The notes below the pieces were generated by a model. The model saw only the letters and a program-made list of their open reading frames with translations. It searched no databases and was not told the origin of the DNA. DNA of 63,551 nt, counting the filler, from Choristocarpus tenellus KU-1152 (Eukaryota; Protista; Phaeophyceae), in assembly GCA_964200185.2 (NCBI GenBank). It is 11 parts of 11 records of this genome, joined end to end, with 100 filler letters (N's around TTAATTAATTAA, not from the genome) between each part and the next. Parts side by side here need not be neighbours in the genome. Positions count along the whole stretch, not along the records: positions 50,830 to 53,676 come from CAXNAD020024238.1; positions 53,777 to 60,237 come from CAXNAD020008091.1; positions 60,338 to 63,551 come from CAXNAD020021487.1; 8 more parts are not named here. One strand, written 5' to 3'. The stretch's first letter is position 1; every line of letters starts with the position of its first letter. Positions 50,871-63,471 of the stretch are shown here, in pieces. Position numbers and translations under genes: made by a program.

Positions 50871-52879
50871 AACTATTGTTGCAAAGAACCAGTAATCTAT
50901 TCTAGGCTACAGCAGATCATTTTATTTTTGTCATGTCTGTGTGGGTAGCCCTTATGAGACTCACCATACACCTATCCCCATAATTAGTTGCCTCCTACGT
51001 ACCACAACCTTGCGCTCAATACAAAACCCTCACTTTTTGCTCAACTTCTGTCTCCCTCGAACAACATGGTACCCAGACTAAAGATGCATGTGATTACCTC
51101 ACCAAAATGGACTGCTTGGCTCAGAAGGCCATGAAAGAGGATAGTGAGATGCGAACGGAAAATACAAAACTCAAGGTATGTACAAAGTTTAGCCAATGGG
51201 GAGATTGAAAGTTGGAGAGGGAAAAGGGGGAAGGGGGGATGGGCAGCAGTCAGCAGTGGGAAGAGGAGAAGGGGGAAGGGAATTGATTACATTTTTGGAT
51301 AAGGCAGTAGTGCGTCGAAAACTTCCCCAAGAATTTTGCATTGACAGAAATGCAACCTACCTTTTTCCCAAAACAATTTCGATGTTTTTTGTTGCTGTGG
51401 ATCACACGCTCGGCTCCTTTTTTACTCACATCACATCCAAAATAGGTAGAACTTGCCGATGTGCAGCATGCACTGTCGATTGTCATGCGCAAATGTGTGG
51501 AAGACAGCGACATTACTTTCTATGATGTCAGCGATACTGATGACCCCGGGCCACAAGGAATACAGCAGGAAAAACTGGCAGACACATTGCAGAAACTTGT
51601 GAGGGCGTTGCAGAATCAGGTGAAGACCAGGTTTTAAGGCTCTCAGATCAGTGAAGAGACTGCTTTGAGGCCGCAACCCTGAGGATCCCCTTCTGGAAGT
51701 GACGAAAGGACTGAGCTGCAAACTTGACATGAATACAGGTACGGAGAGAGGTCTCAGGTGCTGGCATCGAGAAGAACAAAGTAAGAGACAAACTTGTGGC
51801 AGTCATACCGGGGGTTGTTCACCATTATACATGTCATCACCTCCAGGCTGAGGTAAGGGTAAGGGAGGTAGGGAAGAAGATTGACTACCGGCTACTCAGT
51901 GGCGTTCTTTAGGAAGGGAAATGTATTGGTGGACTGTGTGAAGTTGGAGAGGAGGGGGGGTGCCCTTCCAAGTAATATGCGAAGTCTGAGAGGGCAGGGG
52001 AGGATCATGGGTAAGCACTACACACACCCTATGCTGGTTTGGTACGGCTTTTGCAGGCTTTTCTGTTGATGTAGGTGTGGGTTTCTGTGCATTGCCCAAT
52101 TGCTCCTTACTGCTCTGTACTTTTCATATATTGGCAAAACTCTTCTGTCTGCGAGGCAGATCATGTTTTACTTCATGTCCCCTTTTGTGGTCTAAAAGGA
52201 GAGAGGGGGGTACAAGAATGATGGGTACAAGAATGGTTGGTGCACTTAGTATTTTGTTCAAGCGTAGGTAAATAGTTTGCGTGGATGAAGAAAAAAATGT
52301 TCAAACTAGTCCTATGCAGAGCAAGAATTTCTTTATAGAACTTTTCCTCGACTAACATTGGTGCAAGGTGCAAGATACCCCACAGTAAATCAATCGCAAT
52401 AAAAAACCGAGCGTGTTATTAAGATGCCATCAAGATAGTAGTATAAGGTTCCAAAATACTTATTCACACATCTTTGGCCTACCTGTAGGGAAAACTATGT
52501 TCAAATATTCCATCCTAGAACCAAAGCTGGTGGCAAACAAAAAAACATCGGTTGGTGAGCTCAGCGTGTACTGTAGATGCAATCATTAAGTTCTGCATTG
52601 GGATGAAAGGGGGAGGGGGTGGTGAAAGGTGAGGAGGTGGAAGAGATGGCATGTCATACCTTTTTCTACCACTGAGGCGGGTCTTTAGACAGAGGGGTTG
52701 AAATGTCTCCACGGTGTAGCGCCTATTATAGAGAGATTTTTCTGCTTGGGTTGAAGACACGTTGAATGAGAGTTCTAAAATATAGTGTTTTCTGGTCGTT
52801 TCACATGCCCCGTGGTCACAGGTTCCCAAGCATTTGTAGTTGAACGACTACGGATTTTAGAGCTAACCTGGAAGAGGAG

Positions 52880-53185
52880 GATAGTGTGGGGTGAGAGCAA
52901 GGGTTAGGTCTAGGGTATAGTTATGAGAGTAGGAGGGATATTTGGGGTTTAGAGGGAAGGACAGGGTATAGTCATGAGAGTAGAAGGGATAATGGCATGT
53001 AGAGGAAGGAAAAGGGTTAGGCTTTTATCCATGGGAGTAGAAAGGATAACCATAGTTGGAGCAAGGGCGAGGGTTAGAGTATAGCTGTGAGAGCAGAAGA
53101 GATACTTGGAGTTGGAGGCAAGGGTTAGGATTAGGGCCTAGTTGTGAGAGTAGAAAGGACAATTAGGGTGTAGTGAGAGCTAGAG
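52880..53185. repeat. Degenerate 50-60 bp purine-rich minisatellite containing TTAGGG-like hexamers
   Basis: Recurring gagagtagaa(a/g)ggata...agggttag units, about five copies. Confidence 0.7.
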
Positions 53186-53599
53186 TATTGTTTTCAAATC
53201 TCGCAGCAGAAGGTAGCAGCATCAGACGGACGACCCATCCCACACTACAAGTCACCAATTTGCCTTCCTATTAGGAAGTTTATCTACCAAGATGTCACTC
53301 ATTGCACCATTATTTTGTGAATACTACAGAAGTGTTTTCCTGCATTTTAGTTGAGGAAAGGGGCACAATCCTTCTGGTGGCAGGATCCAAGAAAAAAATT
53401 ATATCATTTTCCGTGCCCACAGACCGGAAGTGGTATGATCTTAAAGTTTGCACTTGTTATCTTGCCAACACCTTCGAACCACATACACATCTCCCCCCCC
53501 CTCCCCCCCTTCTCCTGCTAAAACAGTCTTGAGACCTGAGTACCTACATACTTGATCACATTATGTCCCTTATTATGCAAATTCTTTGTACACCTGTGA

Positions 53600-53676
53600 G
53601 AGTGAAAGTATCTTAGAGGGTACGGGTTTTCCCCTCTTTGTCCATTTGGGGCTTGGCTTCCCACAGGTTTTAATGA
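53600..53676. mobile_element. Partial MITE family B at contig edge
   Basis: Starts GAGTGAAAGTATCTTAGAGGGTAC. Confidence 0.85.
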
Positions 53677-54023
53677 NNNNNNNNNNNNNNNNNNNNNNNN
53701 NNNNNNNNNNNNNNNNNNNNTTAATTAATTAANNNNNNNNNNNNNNNNNNNNNNNNNNNNNNNNNNNNNNNNNNNNTTATCTTTATCCGCCCTAACCCAA
53801 AAAACCACACCAAAAACCAAAAAACAAAAAAATAAAACCAAAACCCCCCAGCCCCCCCCCCCCCCCCCCCCCCCCCGATATTTTGAGCCTAGGTCAAGGA
53901 TCTTGAATAATCCACTATTTTCTCACCACTACCTTGTGGCGCTACTTAATCCACGTCCTGTTTGGTGAATACAAAATTCAACGCATGACCCTTGTGCCCC
54001 TCTTTCCTCCACACTACAAACAG

Positions 54024-55913
54024 GAAGAAGAATACCTCCAGCAACTGATGGAAAGACGAGCTTGGGAACGACAGATTCAAAAGGAACGAAATGAGCTTCA
54101 AAAGCAACTCAAGGTGGGTAGAGCTCCTGTGCAGAGTCCAACTTTTATCTTGGCAAGAGAAAAGAGATATGTTTATTTCATCTTATAACTTCTAGGTTTC
54201 CTACAGAGTCCACTAAGGAAAAAAAAAATCAAATGTAACTTGACTCCAACATGTTACATCCATGTATGCAAATGCATGTCCGTTGCGGAACCTTCCTTCT
54301 TCATTCTTGGGCCAATGATTAAACAATGGGAAATAGATGGAGAACGTGGATCGCATCCACCGTATCCAGGTGAGGCATATATTCTTGGAACATCATAATC
54401 AATTTCAATTCCATGACTGCCTGTAGTCGTTTATGGACAGCGAAAAATGTGACTCAAGGGCTACCCATACCTGTCTCATAAGCTTCACACCTCTGTACAC
54501 AATACAGTAGCATGTACTCCAGAGCTTGTTCTTCGAACAAGGAGGAACTATTGCTAGGAAATGGATTCCCAACTGAGAATCAATTTCTTGTCTCTACAGC
54601 AGGTTTTTAGAACAAAGACTGACAACGATGATATTAACATCTCTCTCCCACTCGCTCTCTCTAACAAAGGAGTACAAGCGTCTGGAGACACTGCGACAGA
54701 TCCATGAGGCAGACAAGAGAACAGAGGATATGGTGAGAAGGAAGGAGAACATTATTCAACAGAGGCGAAAGGCTGCTCTCGAGGTGATTGATTACAGTGT
54801 CTATGGCAAACAACTCCTTCCCTCCACAATTTAAGGATTAGGGATAGGATTAAGATTTGAGGTTAGGTTAGAGCTGGGATTAGGGAGTGAGGAGATGGAG
54901 GTGGGAGAAAGATGTGTACATCGCTGAGAATAGTGCTTGAGTGATATCTGTAGGGTTCATCAGGGATGGCAAAAGATATACATTGATGGAGGTGAAGTAT
55001 GAACAGCAGGAAGGGGAAGAGATTGAGAGCTCTCACGGAGTTAGAGAACAGGACAGGTCAAGAGTCTCAAGTGTGATAACAAAAATGCTGGATATCAACA
55101 ACGAATGTTTTGGTAGTGGATGGATAGATCGACCTGTTTCTCTTGAAACACGTTTCAAATTGCCCTTCTATTCTTGGCTAAATTTGAGATTTTTTTCAGC
55201 ATGCGTCAAAATTGATAGTGTAATTTTCTTAAAACAAATATTTGAGCCTCTTAATCAAACACCTGCGCACTTTCTCATGTACTCTGTTCCAAGTCTACTT
55301 CACCAAAATTTTAGGGTTAGAATATTGGCGGAAGGGGATGGTTTGATGTTCAATGAGGGTGAGGAGAACCGATGACAGAATATAGTCAGAAGTTATTCTT
55401 CCCATGATAATGTGATATGGTTGAGCAGATCATCGTTTTTCCACCATAGCAACTGCTGACTTCGGTCAATTTTTCTGTGGCATTCAGCAAGAAGCCCCCT
55501 TCAACAAGTTTAATACCAATCAAGAGCACTCAACCTCAATGCTTTCCTCCATATTCGTTATTCAATTGCCAACTTTACCTTACCATGGTTGCGAGTCATT
55601 CTAGACTGCTCTAGTCTAACTCAAAGTGTATCACATGATACATCTCCTCCAGGTGAAGATGCAGAAGGAGACAATAGCACGCATCATGGAAGAAGCTAAG
55701 CGAAACAAGGCAGCAGCAGCACGCATGATGAAGGAAGCAGTTGGGGGAGGGTTCAAGGGACTATCTTCATCCACCTCTGCAGGGGAAATGGGGTGTGTCA
55801 CGGCAGGGGGAGAGAGGAGGCGGCGAAGACGAAAAGATGGTGGCAAAGGAGGGGATAGGAAGCAGGGGCGATCCAGAACTACAGAGCAAACTATGTCGAA
55901 CTCAGGCACTGAG
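54024..55913 (+). CDS. Coiled-coil protein of unknown function, internal exons
   Basis: Phase-0 GT-AG exons 54024-54113, 54337-54369, 54670-54783 and 55653-55913 give continuous E/K/R/Q-rich helical sequence (EEEYLQQLMERR...MENVDRIHRIQ-EYKRLETLRQI...VKMQKETIAR). Confidence 0.8.
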
Positions 55914-56172
55914 GTAGGCTAAGAAGGGGGAGAGGATGAGATGGGAGATTGATTTAAGTGATATGATGAAGAAAAAATAGATCAAAAATATGTTTCGCTA
56001 TTTTTTTCCTACTTTGAAACCCTTCATGTTGGCACTAACATGGGATGTGGTGTATACATATCAGGTGCATCCTATGAGGGTGAGCTGTCAAATACAGAGA
56101 TACGTTTTTTAACAATATAGATAGATGATGAGACAGTTTATTATTTTTTAAACATGAAACACTTGAAACATT

Positions 56173-56353
56173 GGCTCAAAGTATCTGGGAGGGGTGGCGG
56201 CTGTCCATTTGGGGTCAATTTTTTCATATCACGATTTTTGAGTGATTTGGCTGCCATACGTCGGATGGATAATGCAAATGCACTTTTCTCGATTTTGGTC
56301 CAAAATGGACACCCTCGGGTAGACCCCCCCCACACCCCCAGATAGTTTGGGTC
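56173..56353. mobile_element. MITE family A copy
   Basis: TIRs plus TSD ATT. Confidence 0.92.
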
Positions 56354-57738
56354 ATTCCTCAACAATCTCGTGGGAACTGAATATGCTGTCCTTGGTTGTG
56401 TGTATGTCCCTCCAGTGACACATATGAGTTAGTCTATTCTAACTGATTGCTGCACATTCATCTCTGGAATAGTTTACTTCACCAATTTCACAGGTGACTA
56501 TTGTTCATACCATGATCAGGACTGCTCACGGAAATTCTGACACCCTTTGTCTCCATGGATCACTTGGTCAGCAACTCAGACCACATTCTTATCCTGTCTC
56601 GAAGTACAACCGTAAGCATCTTTTCACCCTAACCCTAACCATAATTTCATGTTACTGCCATTTTACTACCTCAGAGCCTAGACAGCTATTATCTAACCCT
56701 AGCCCTAGGTGGTCCCATATTGGGATATTCCTAAATCTAAACACCAGTGACTTTGTATCACCTGCTTCACATCAATCCCTATCCACTTGTGTAATATGGA
56801 CTTATCACAGACTTGTGGGAAACGATTAGATTCGGTTGAATATTCTAATCACTCTTCCACAACAGACCTACACAGGTAAGCCTTTGCAAAAAAATCCCAT
56901 GAGTTGATACATATAGAGCTAGCTCCGCATACTAAGGCAATGCTGATATCTAACTCTTCGCTAGCAATAATTTCATGTCCGAAGGGGTAACAGACAAAAA
57001 AATAACAAAATTTTTTCACAATTTGGAATGGCCAAATTAGTTGCAACAAGCTAGTCGGAGGTATTTGCCCTGCAACATCCTCTACCCCCTCACTTTATAT
57101 ATTTCATTTCAGGTTGGTTGCGGATAGTTCTTCTGTCTGACATCAGGACACAATAATTATATATCAAATCTATGACTACTTGTTAGGTTGGATACCAAAC
57201 TCTGATATGGTCGATGGTTTGTGAGATTGTTAAATTCAGGTCATAAGTGCAATCCTGGTATTTTATGGGATGTTTGCACTGGACAGGTAGACTGAGGTAC
57301 ACTCCAGCACTTTTCTTCTGTACAGGAGCAATCGGGTGGACATTTGCATGACACAGATGGGGTCTACTTTGCATCTTATCCTTATACTGACCCCTGCACT
57401 TTCACCACACATATATTTCCTTCCCATTACATAGGGTTTTTCTTCGAAGTATTGGATCTATAATTCACTGAGTGTATGCATTTTGAAGGACCTAGAAATT
57501 ATGCAACAAAAACCCGGTTGTGGCTTTTTCTCCTGCACTGACTGCAAGAACAGCATCAGAATGAAGCGATGGGTTAGCAACGTGCTGTTAAAGTTATAAT
57601 CTTGGACTTACAAGAACTGTCAAACGTTCAGCTGGTCCCTCATAAACTGTTCTCTAAAAGCATCCTTGGAAGATACAGGATGTGGTCTGTAGGATTACCT
57701 GCACGATATATTAAGAGGAAAGCATCAGATACATGTCT

Positions 57739-57995
57739 GAGTGAAAGTATCTTAGAGGGTACGAGCTTTGCCCTGTTTGTCCATTTGGGACTTGGCTTCC
57801 CATGTTTTGTTTTTTACATTTTCCAACTCCGAAATATTTCAGAGTAGGTAAAATGTATACGTTATGAAAAGCTGTGTTCAGAAAATGGATACTGACATCT
57901 CCTAACAAACATAATAGCCAAAATTACATCAAAATTGCAACATTGGATTTTGCTCCCAAATGGACACGGCTCTACCCTCTAAGATACTTTGACTC
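57739..57995. mobile_element. MITE family B copy
   Basis: GAGTGAAAGTATCTTAGAGGGTA...TACCCTCTAAGATACTTTGACTC, TSD TCT. Confidence 0.93.
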
Positions 57996-60171
57996 TCTAT
58001 GGGATTGGAAAATATATCTAGAATTTTTTCATTCAAATGATCAGTAAAAGGTATTTTCAACATACAGCTCACCTCGACCCCTATTCAGAGTTTACCAATT
58101 GGAGGTGGACACCGAACAAAGAGTGCTGAGTTTAGTAAAAGTCAAGGGATAATGCCAAGGACAGAAGGTGAAGAGGTTGTAAACCTTGGTCCCCCACCAG
58201 AGGCACCAACACTTGAGGCACGACTACGTGGCACAACACGGGAAGATGTGATACCCCAGGTTTGGAGAGAGTTTTTACTACTCCCTCTCCTGGTCTACAA
58301 CTGAGTTCTCTTACCTTGTCTGCGCAATCACAAAGCCCCATATCCTTATGTACATGGAGTCATCTATGTGGATGTGTATGATTCAAAGTCTTGATTGGAC
58401 TCTGATAATATTGCTTAGACGGAAAGGGTCTAGGGTCAAGGTGTCTTGAAAACATATTTTAATTGTGCCCTCCTTGTTGTGCCATTCAAAAATCCTAAAA
58501 ATTATTTCAGCAAAACCACAGATCTATTTGTTGTAATGAGGTATTTCAGTATCATGATGTTCAACAGTAGTCATGACAGTCCAAAATGAGAGCAAATGGC
58601 ACAATTGTTACTGCCCAAGGTTCTTTGGTCGTACTTTGCAACACCAGGTATTTGTAGGCTTTTAGAGTCTGAGGGATGATCAACAATAGGATCAAACAAA
58701 AATGGTTAGAAAAATATGGATCACTTCTGTAGGCTGTTCACAGTTTTCTATGCATTTCTACCTTTTTTTGTCTTAGTTGGCTATTTCATACCTAAGATGT
58801 CACTGACAAATCGACATGGATAGATATTCAAATGTGTTTGCAGTGTGAATGCACTCCTGATAAATATCACACACAGTCCTTTCTCGAGCATGAAACACAT
58901 ATAAATATATTAGTCTGTAGGCACTTGCTTCCACCTAAGCCATAACCCCCCCCATTCATTTTTTTTTTCCTCTAAAGAAATCAATTAGACCATCTTGGTA
59001 CAGCAGCCTAGATTGATTAATGTCCTATGTCCACAAGATCACTCTGTCTTTGATTTGGAGCCCCTCACATCGCTTTGTTCTTCCTCCACCCCAATTCCGA
59101 TTCTATTTTCTCTTTGCCCTGGGCACCTCTGTGGACATCCCTCAAAGCCCTACATTTCTCCATACGAGAGAGGTGTCGTGCCAGGGTCTTCCACACCTAC
59201 CTTGACCTTCTGAGGGACAAAGAAGCCAACGTATCCAACTATTTCGATTTTGTTTAGAGCAACTATGAGCTAAAGTTGTTGTTGGAAACAGATTGAGAAG
59301 AGCAAGGTCACACAGTATTGGGGATATTTTCTTCTGCAGTAGTAGAAGATGAGCACTTGCCGGGTTCCACCCTGATTTCTTGATGTATGGGTCTGATTTA
59401 GAAAGGAATGGATGATTCAGACATTCCAAAAATGGATTCTATCAAACATGCCTTTAAAATGGCACATATTGGATACCTTCACCTTCAGTTTGCCTCCTCT
59501 TGAATGCTTGTGGAAGCTGTAGAAAATATGAGAGGAATAAGTATACTTCGACTCTGTTTGCATGATTGGATTTCATAGATGTATAGCCTGCCACCTACAG
59601 GATGACAAGCGTGGCATGGACCCATCCAAGGAGTGCCCTGGCACGAAAAGAATCAAGACAATCCCACCTAAGATATCATAATGCATTGTGTTGGTCAAAT
59701 GTGACATCAGGCGGAAGGGTGAATGTATGACTCATGATTTTTAAAGTGTGTCAATTAGGCTGTTTTATTTTGGCTGAGGAAAACCTTTTGTCCTGCATCC
59801 ACTGCCCCTCAAAGAATACTATTACATCTAGGCATGACTCAGGTGTTGGGGGACAGGCCCACAATGTCCAGATTGAAGACACACGACAACATTGTTGCAG
59901 ATAGAAAAAATAAGACTGCAAATTGAACAAGATTGCTAGATGAAAGACAAAATGTAGGTGCCCAATTTAAGCCTATGGAAGTGTTAGGGAAGTTTTCTAA
60001 GTACCACACAAGAGGGTATGGGAGTCATGCTATGATTGGCTCAGAGAGTATGATTAGCGCCTTTGATTGCAGTGCCTGCATGAAGAGGGACAGGGGCAAG
60101 AGTGAAACCGGTCTCTATGCCCTAAACATTTCGGATCACCTCCCTCTGCGAATGTAAGGAAATAGGTTATG

Positions 60172-60237
60172 GACCCAAAGTATCTGGGGGGGGGGGAGGG
60201 GGTCTGCACCAGGGTGTCCATCTGGATCATAAGCAGG
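60172..60237. mobile_element. Partial MITE family A at contig edge
   Basis: GACCCAAAGTATCTGGGG...GGTCTGCACCAGGGTGTCC. Confidence 0.85.
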
Positions 60238-60429
60238 NNNNNNNNNNNNNNNNNNNNNNNNNNNNNNNNNNNNNNNNNNNNTTAATTAATTAANNNNNNN
60301 NNNNNNNNNNNNNNNNNNNNNNNNNNNNNNNNNNNNNCTGTGGAAGCAACTGGCATGACCTTTTCGAGCAACAGGCGGTCTTGGGCAGTGAGAAGGTGTA
60401 GGAGTTACTAGATTCGAAGACGAGCGTAT

Positions 60430-61055
60430 GAACTTTGTTTTATCCTTTTCAGGATCGGTGGGACCACCTTTTCGATCCCACTGATCCTGAAAATCCGTGC
60501 GTTACATTTTTCAGAAGTTGTAAATCAGATTATATCCGTGATTTCTTTTTTTTTTATACCTATTATATCAGTGATTAGAATTTTTAAGATACCAATCACA
60601 TAATTAATTGTTATTGTACATTTCCAATGTTCCGAAATCAACTTTGTTTGATCCTCGGGCTATCGGTGGGATCACCCTTTCGATCCCACTGATCTTGAAA
60701 ATCCGTGCGTCACATTTTTCAGAAATTGTGCATCAGATTATATCCGTGATTTCTATTTTAAAAAAATCCAATTATATCAGTGATTTGATTTTTTAAGATA
60801 CCAAGCACGTAATTAATTCTTATGGTACATTTCCAATGTTCCTAAATCAACTTTGTGTCATCCTCGGGTGATCGGTGGGACCACCCTGAGATCTCACCAA
60901 TCCTGAAAATCCGTGCGTTACATTTTCCCTAAATTGCAAATCAGATTATATCCGTGATTTATATTTCTACAAAATATAATTATATCAGTAGTGATTTGTA
61001 TTTTTCAAGATATCAATCTCATACTTAATTTATCATGTATGTTTCCAATTTACAG
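60430..61055. repeat. Tandem array, 208 bp x3
   Basis: gaaaatccgtgcg anchors at 60489, 60697 and 60905; homologous to the 172-bp array. Confidence 0.9.
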
Positions 61056-61130
61056 TAACCAGGGTTAGTAAAAAAATAACCCCAACCCTCTATGTATTAG
61101 AAGTACAAAACTTACCGAATCGGACATGAT

Positions 61131-61666
61131 GAGTGCAAGTATCTTAGAGGGTACGTTTTTTGCCCTGTTTGTCCGTTTGGGGCTTGGCTTCCCACGTTTT
61201 TTTTAAAGTCATTTTCCTACTCCGAAATATTTTAGAGTAGGTGAAATATTTATGTTATGAAAAGGTGTGTATGGAACAAGGATATTGACACTCCCTAACA
61301 TACGCAACAGCCAAAATTTAATCAAAATTGCAATATTGGATTTTGCCCCCAACAGACAATAAACAGAGAGCCAAAGTATCTAAGAGGAGGGTAGAGTCGC
61401 GTTCATTTGGGGGCCAAAATCCAACATTGTGATTTGGACATAATTTTGGTCATCTTGTTTGTTAGGAAGTATCAATGTCCATCTTCTGGACACACCTTTT
61501 CATAACATTTACATTTTACCTACTACTCCAAAACATTTTGGAGTAGGAGAGTGTCACAAAAAAAAACACTGGAAGCCAAACCTCAAATGGAGAAACAGTG
61601 CAAAACGCGTACCCTCTAAGATACTTTCACTCAGACTCGACCCTAACTTCTAAGATACTTTGAATC
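61131..61666. mobile_element. MITE family B copy interrupted by another family B copy
   Basis: Left TIR at 61131; the right TIR remnant CTAAGATACTTTGAATC follows the inner copy. Confidence 0.8.
61368..61632. mobile_element. Nested MITE family B copy, opposite orientation
   Basis: GAGCCAAAGTATC...GATACTTTCACTC, TSD AGA. Confidence 0.9.
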
Positions 61667-62334
61667 ACATAGCGATTGTCATAAACGTGCAAGTCGATAA
61701 TAAGTGACTCTTAGAGAGAGGTTGTACACCACAAACCACTCTTTCTCTAAGAGTCACTTTACACGTGCGTTAGGGTTTTTAAGTACTAAATCCACTGAAA
61801 ACCGTGCGTAGGGTTTTTGAAATACCAAGAATGCACTTTAGGGGTCTCACACGTTTCCAATTTCAGAAAACCTAAGAAGTCATTCCAACTGGTATCCATT
61901 ACTTAAATAAACCTTAAATCCACTTCTTGGCGTCTTTAGGGTTTAAATAAACACTAGATAACATAAAAAAAAGCGGATCTATCGTATTCCTGGTTACCAT
62001 AACCAGGAATACCGTTGAACACTCAGAACACGTGCGTTAGGGTTTTTCTAAAATTAGAATCTCATACGTTCAAAACGTGATAGGCCGAAAAGATCACGAA
62101 AATACAGACACCCTCTGTCCCAGTTCAATATGAAATCCTATGCTGTTTGATATTCGTATTTTTGTAACGCAATTCTCATAAAAAATGTGCAATCTGAGTT
62201 TTGAGGATCGAAAGGTCAGACCACATAAAACAGCACCTCCCATCCCTCAGTCCTCATTTCAATTCATTCCCTTCCATGGATACCAAGCAGACCTCATACT
62301 TACCCATCCCCATCACACTTACCCAATCTTTGCC

Positions 62335-63235
62335 ATGTCGAACATTCCAAGAACAACAACCCACCCGCCTGCCGATGGGAAAAGTTTGGAATCCAGAATG
62401 CAGGACCTACCCCCTACTGGCATGTCCCAGCTACTGGATAAGCAATATCTGGGGTCATACAAGATGAAACTAGGACACGTCACATGCACAGATATGGTGC
62501 ATCCTCTAAGCGAGCGTGGCCTTGCACACGTTTATAAGTCCATAAAGGAGAAAGGCTGGCTGGATCAGTTTTCTCCAATTGTTGTCATCCAGCGAGAAAG
62601 TTGAGGTAATATGGATGAGCTAAACGCCGAAACTGCGCTTGCCATTGAAGGGCGTGTATTGGACGGAAACCATAGAGTAACTGTGCTGAAGAGAGTGTAT
62701 GGTCCAGAGCACGCTTTCACCATGCGGATCTACATGGAGTTCGAGCATTCGGAAGAGAGGCTAATTACCAACGGTGGGTGATGGACTGTTTTCGTTGTTC
62801 CACAATCACCTGACCGTTCTGATCAACCAGGCACCGAAGTAATGTAGTGTTTTCGTTGTTCCATGATCGCCTGATGACTATTCTGATATACGAAGTTGTT
62901 GTCGAGTTTCCCTTGCTATGTTCATTGTCAGTCAGCCCATTGTGGATCTTTTCGTTGCTCATCTTTTTTATACCTCATGGTATTCCTGTCCACAGCAACG
63001 TGTTTCTTGGTGCCGCAGGCCGCGTCTGTCCCGCGATCACTCCCCACCTAACCCTTGTCCCGTTCGCCCACCGCACCGCTATGCTTATAGTATTCAACGA
63101 CGCGACAGAGAGTATGGTTGAGCGCACGTTATACGATAAGATATATTTTCAGCACGAGCACCAAGAAGATATCAAGCGACGGAAGAAGAAGAAAGAGAAG
63201 TGTCACTAGGAGATATCCACAAAATGTACCATAAG
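62335..63235 (+). pseudogene. ParB/Srx-like gene, copy 2, inactivated
   Basis: Exons 62335-62773 and 63091-63235 match copy 1. TTA>TGA stop at 62602-62604 and a frameshift near 63195; LDGNHR is retained. Confidence 0.85.
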
Positions 63236-63471
63236 GTGAGAGAGTTGTCGACATTGGTGGAATGGTCGCGCTCTACTCCTCTTCTAGTTGGGTTACAGAT
63301 GTTGCGAGATATCCCTGTGTCGAACTATTCAACCTAAGTTGAGATAGTTATCCCGCGTTTAGATACCCTGTCAACCAACTTATTGATCTTCGGGTGACCA
63401 GGTAGTATGTATGTGTGGTTAACCACAGACGTGCAATAAAAATTATTTTTTGATTGTTTCATCGACGGTGT

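Larger units (their letters stand above)
60338..63471. mobile_element. Second copy of the transposase/ParB cassette (transposase start, arrays, ParB-like exons 1-2)
   Basis: 60338-60440 aligns with 40609-40715, including the minus-strand ATG at 60356. 62090-63465 aligns with 41760-43122. Confidence 0.85.

Noticed and set aside
51060-51740. Exon-like segments ending at GT donors
   Set aside because: Acceptors unclear, stops present, no family recognised.
58089-59212. Possible further exons of the coiled-coil gene (SLPIGGG..., SKPYISPYER)
   Set aside because: Could not establish phase-consistent splice sites with confidence.
305-63209. Most short ORFs in the supplied track
   Set aside because: They are antisense or off-frame shadows of exons, MITEs, microsatellites or N spacers.
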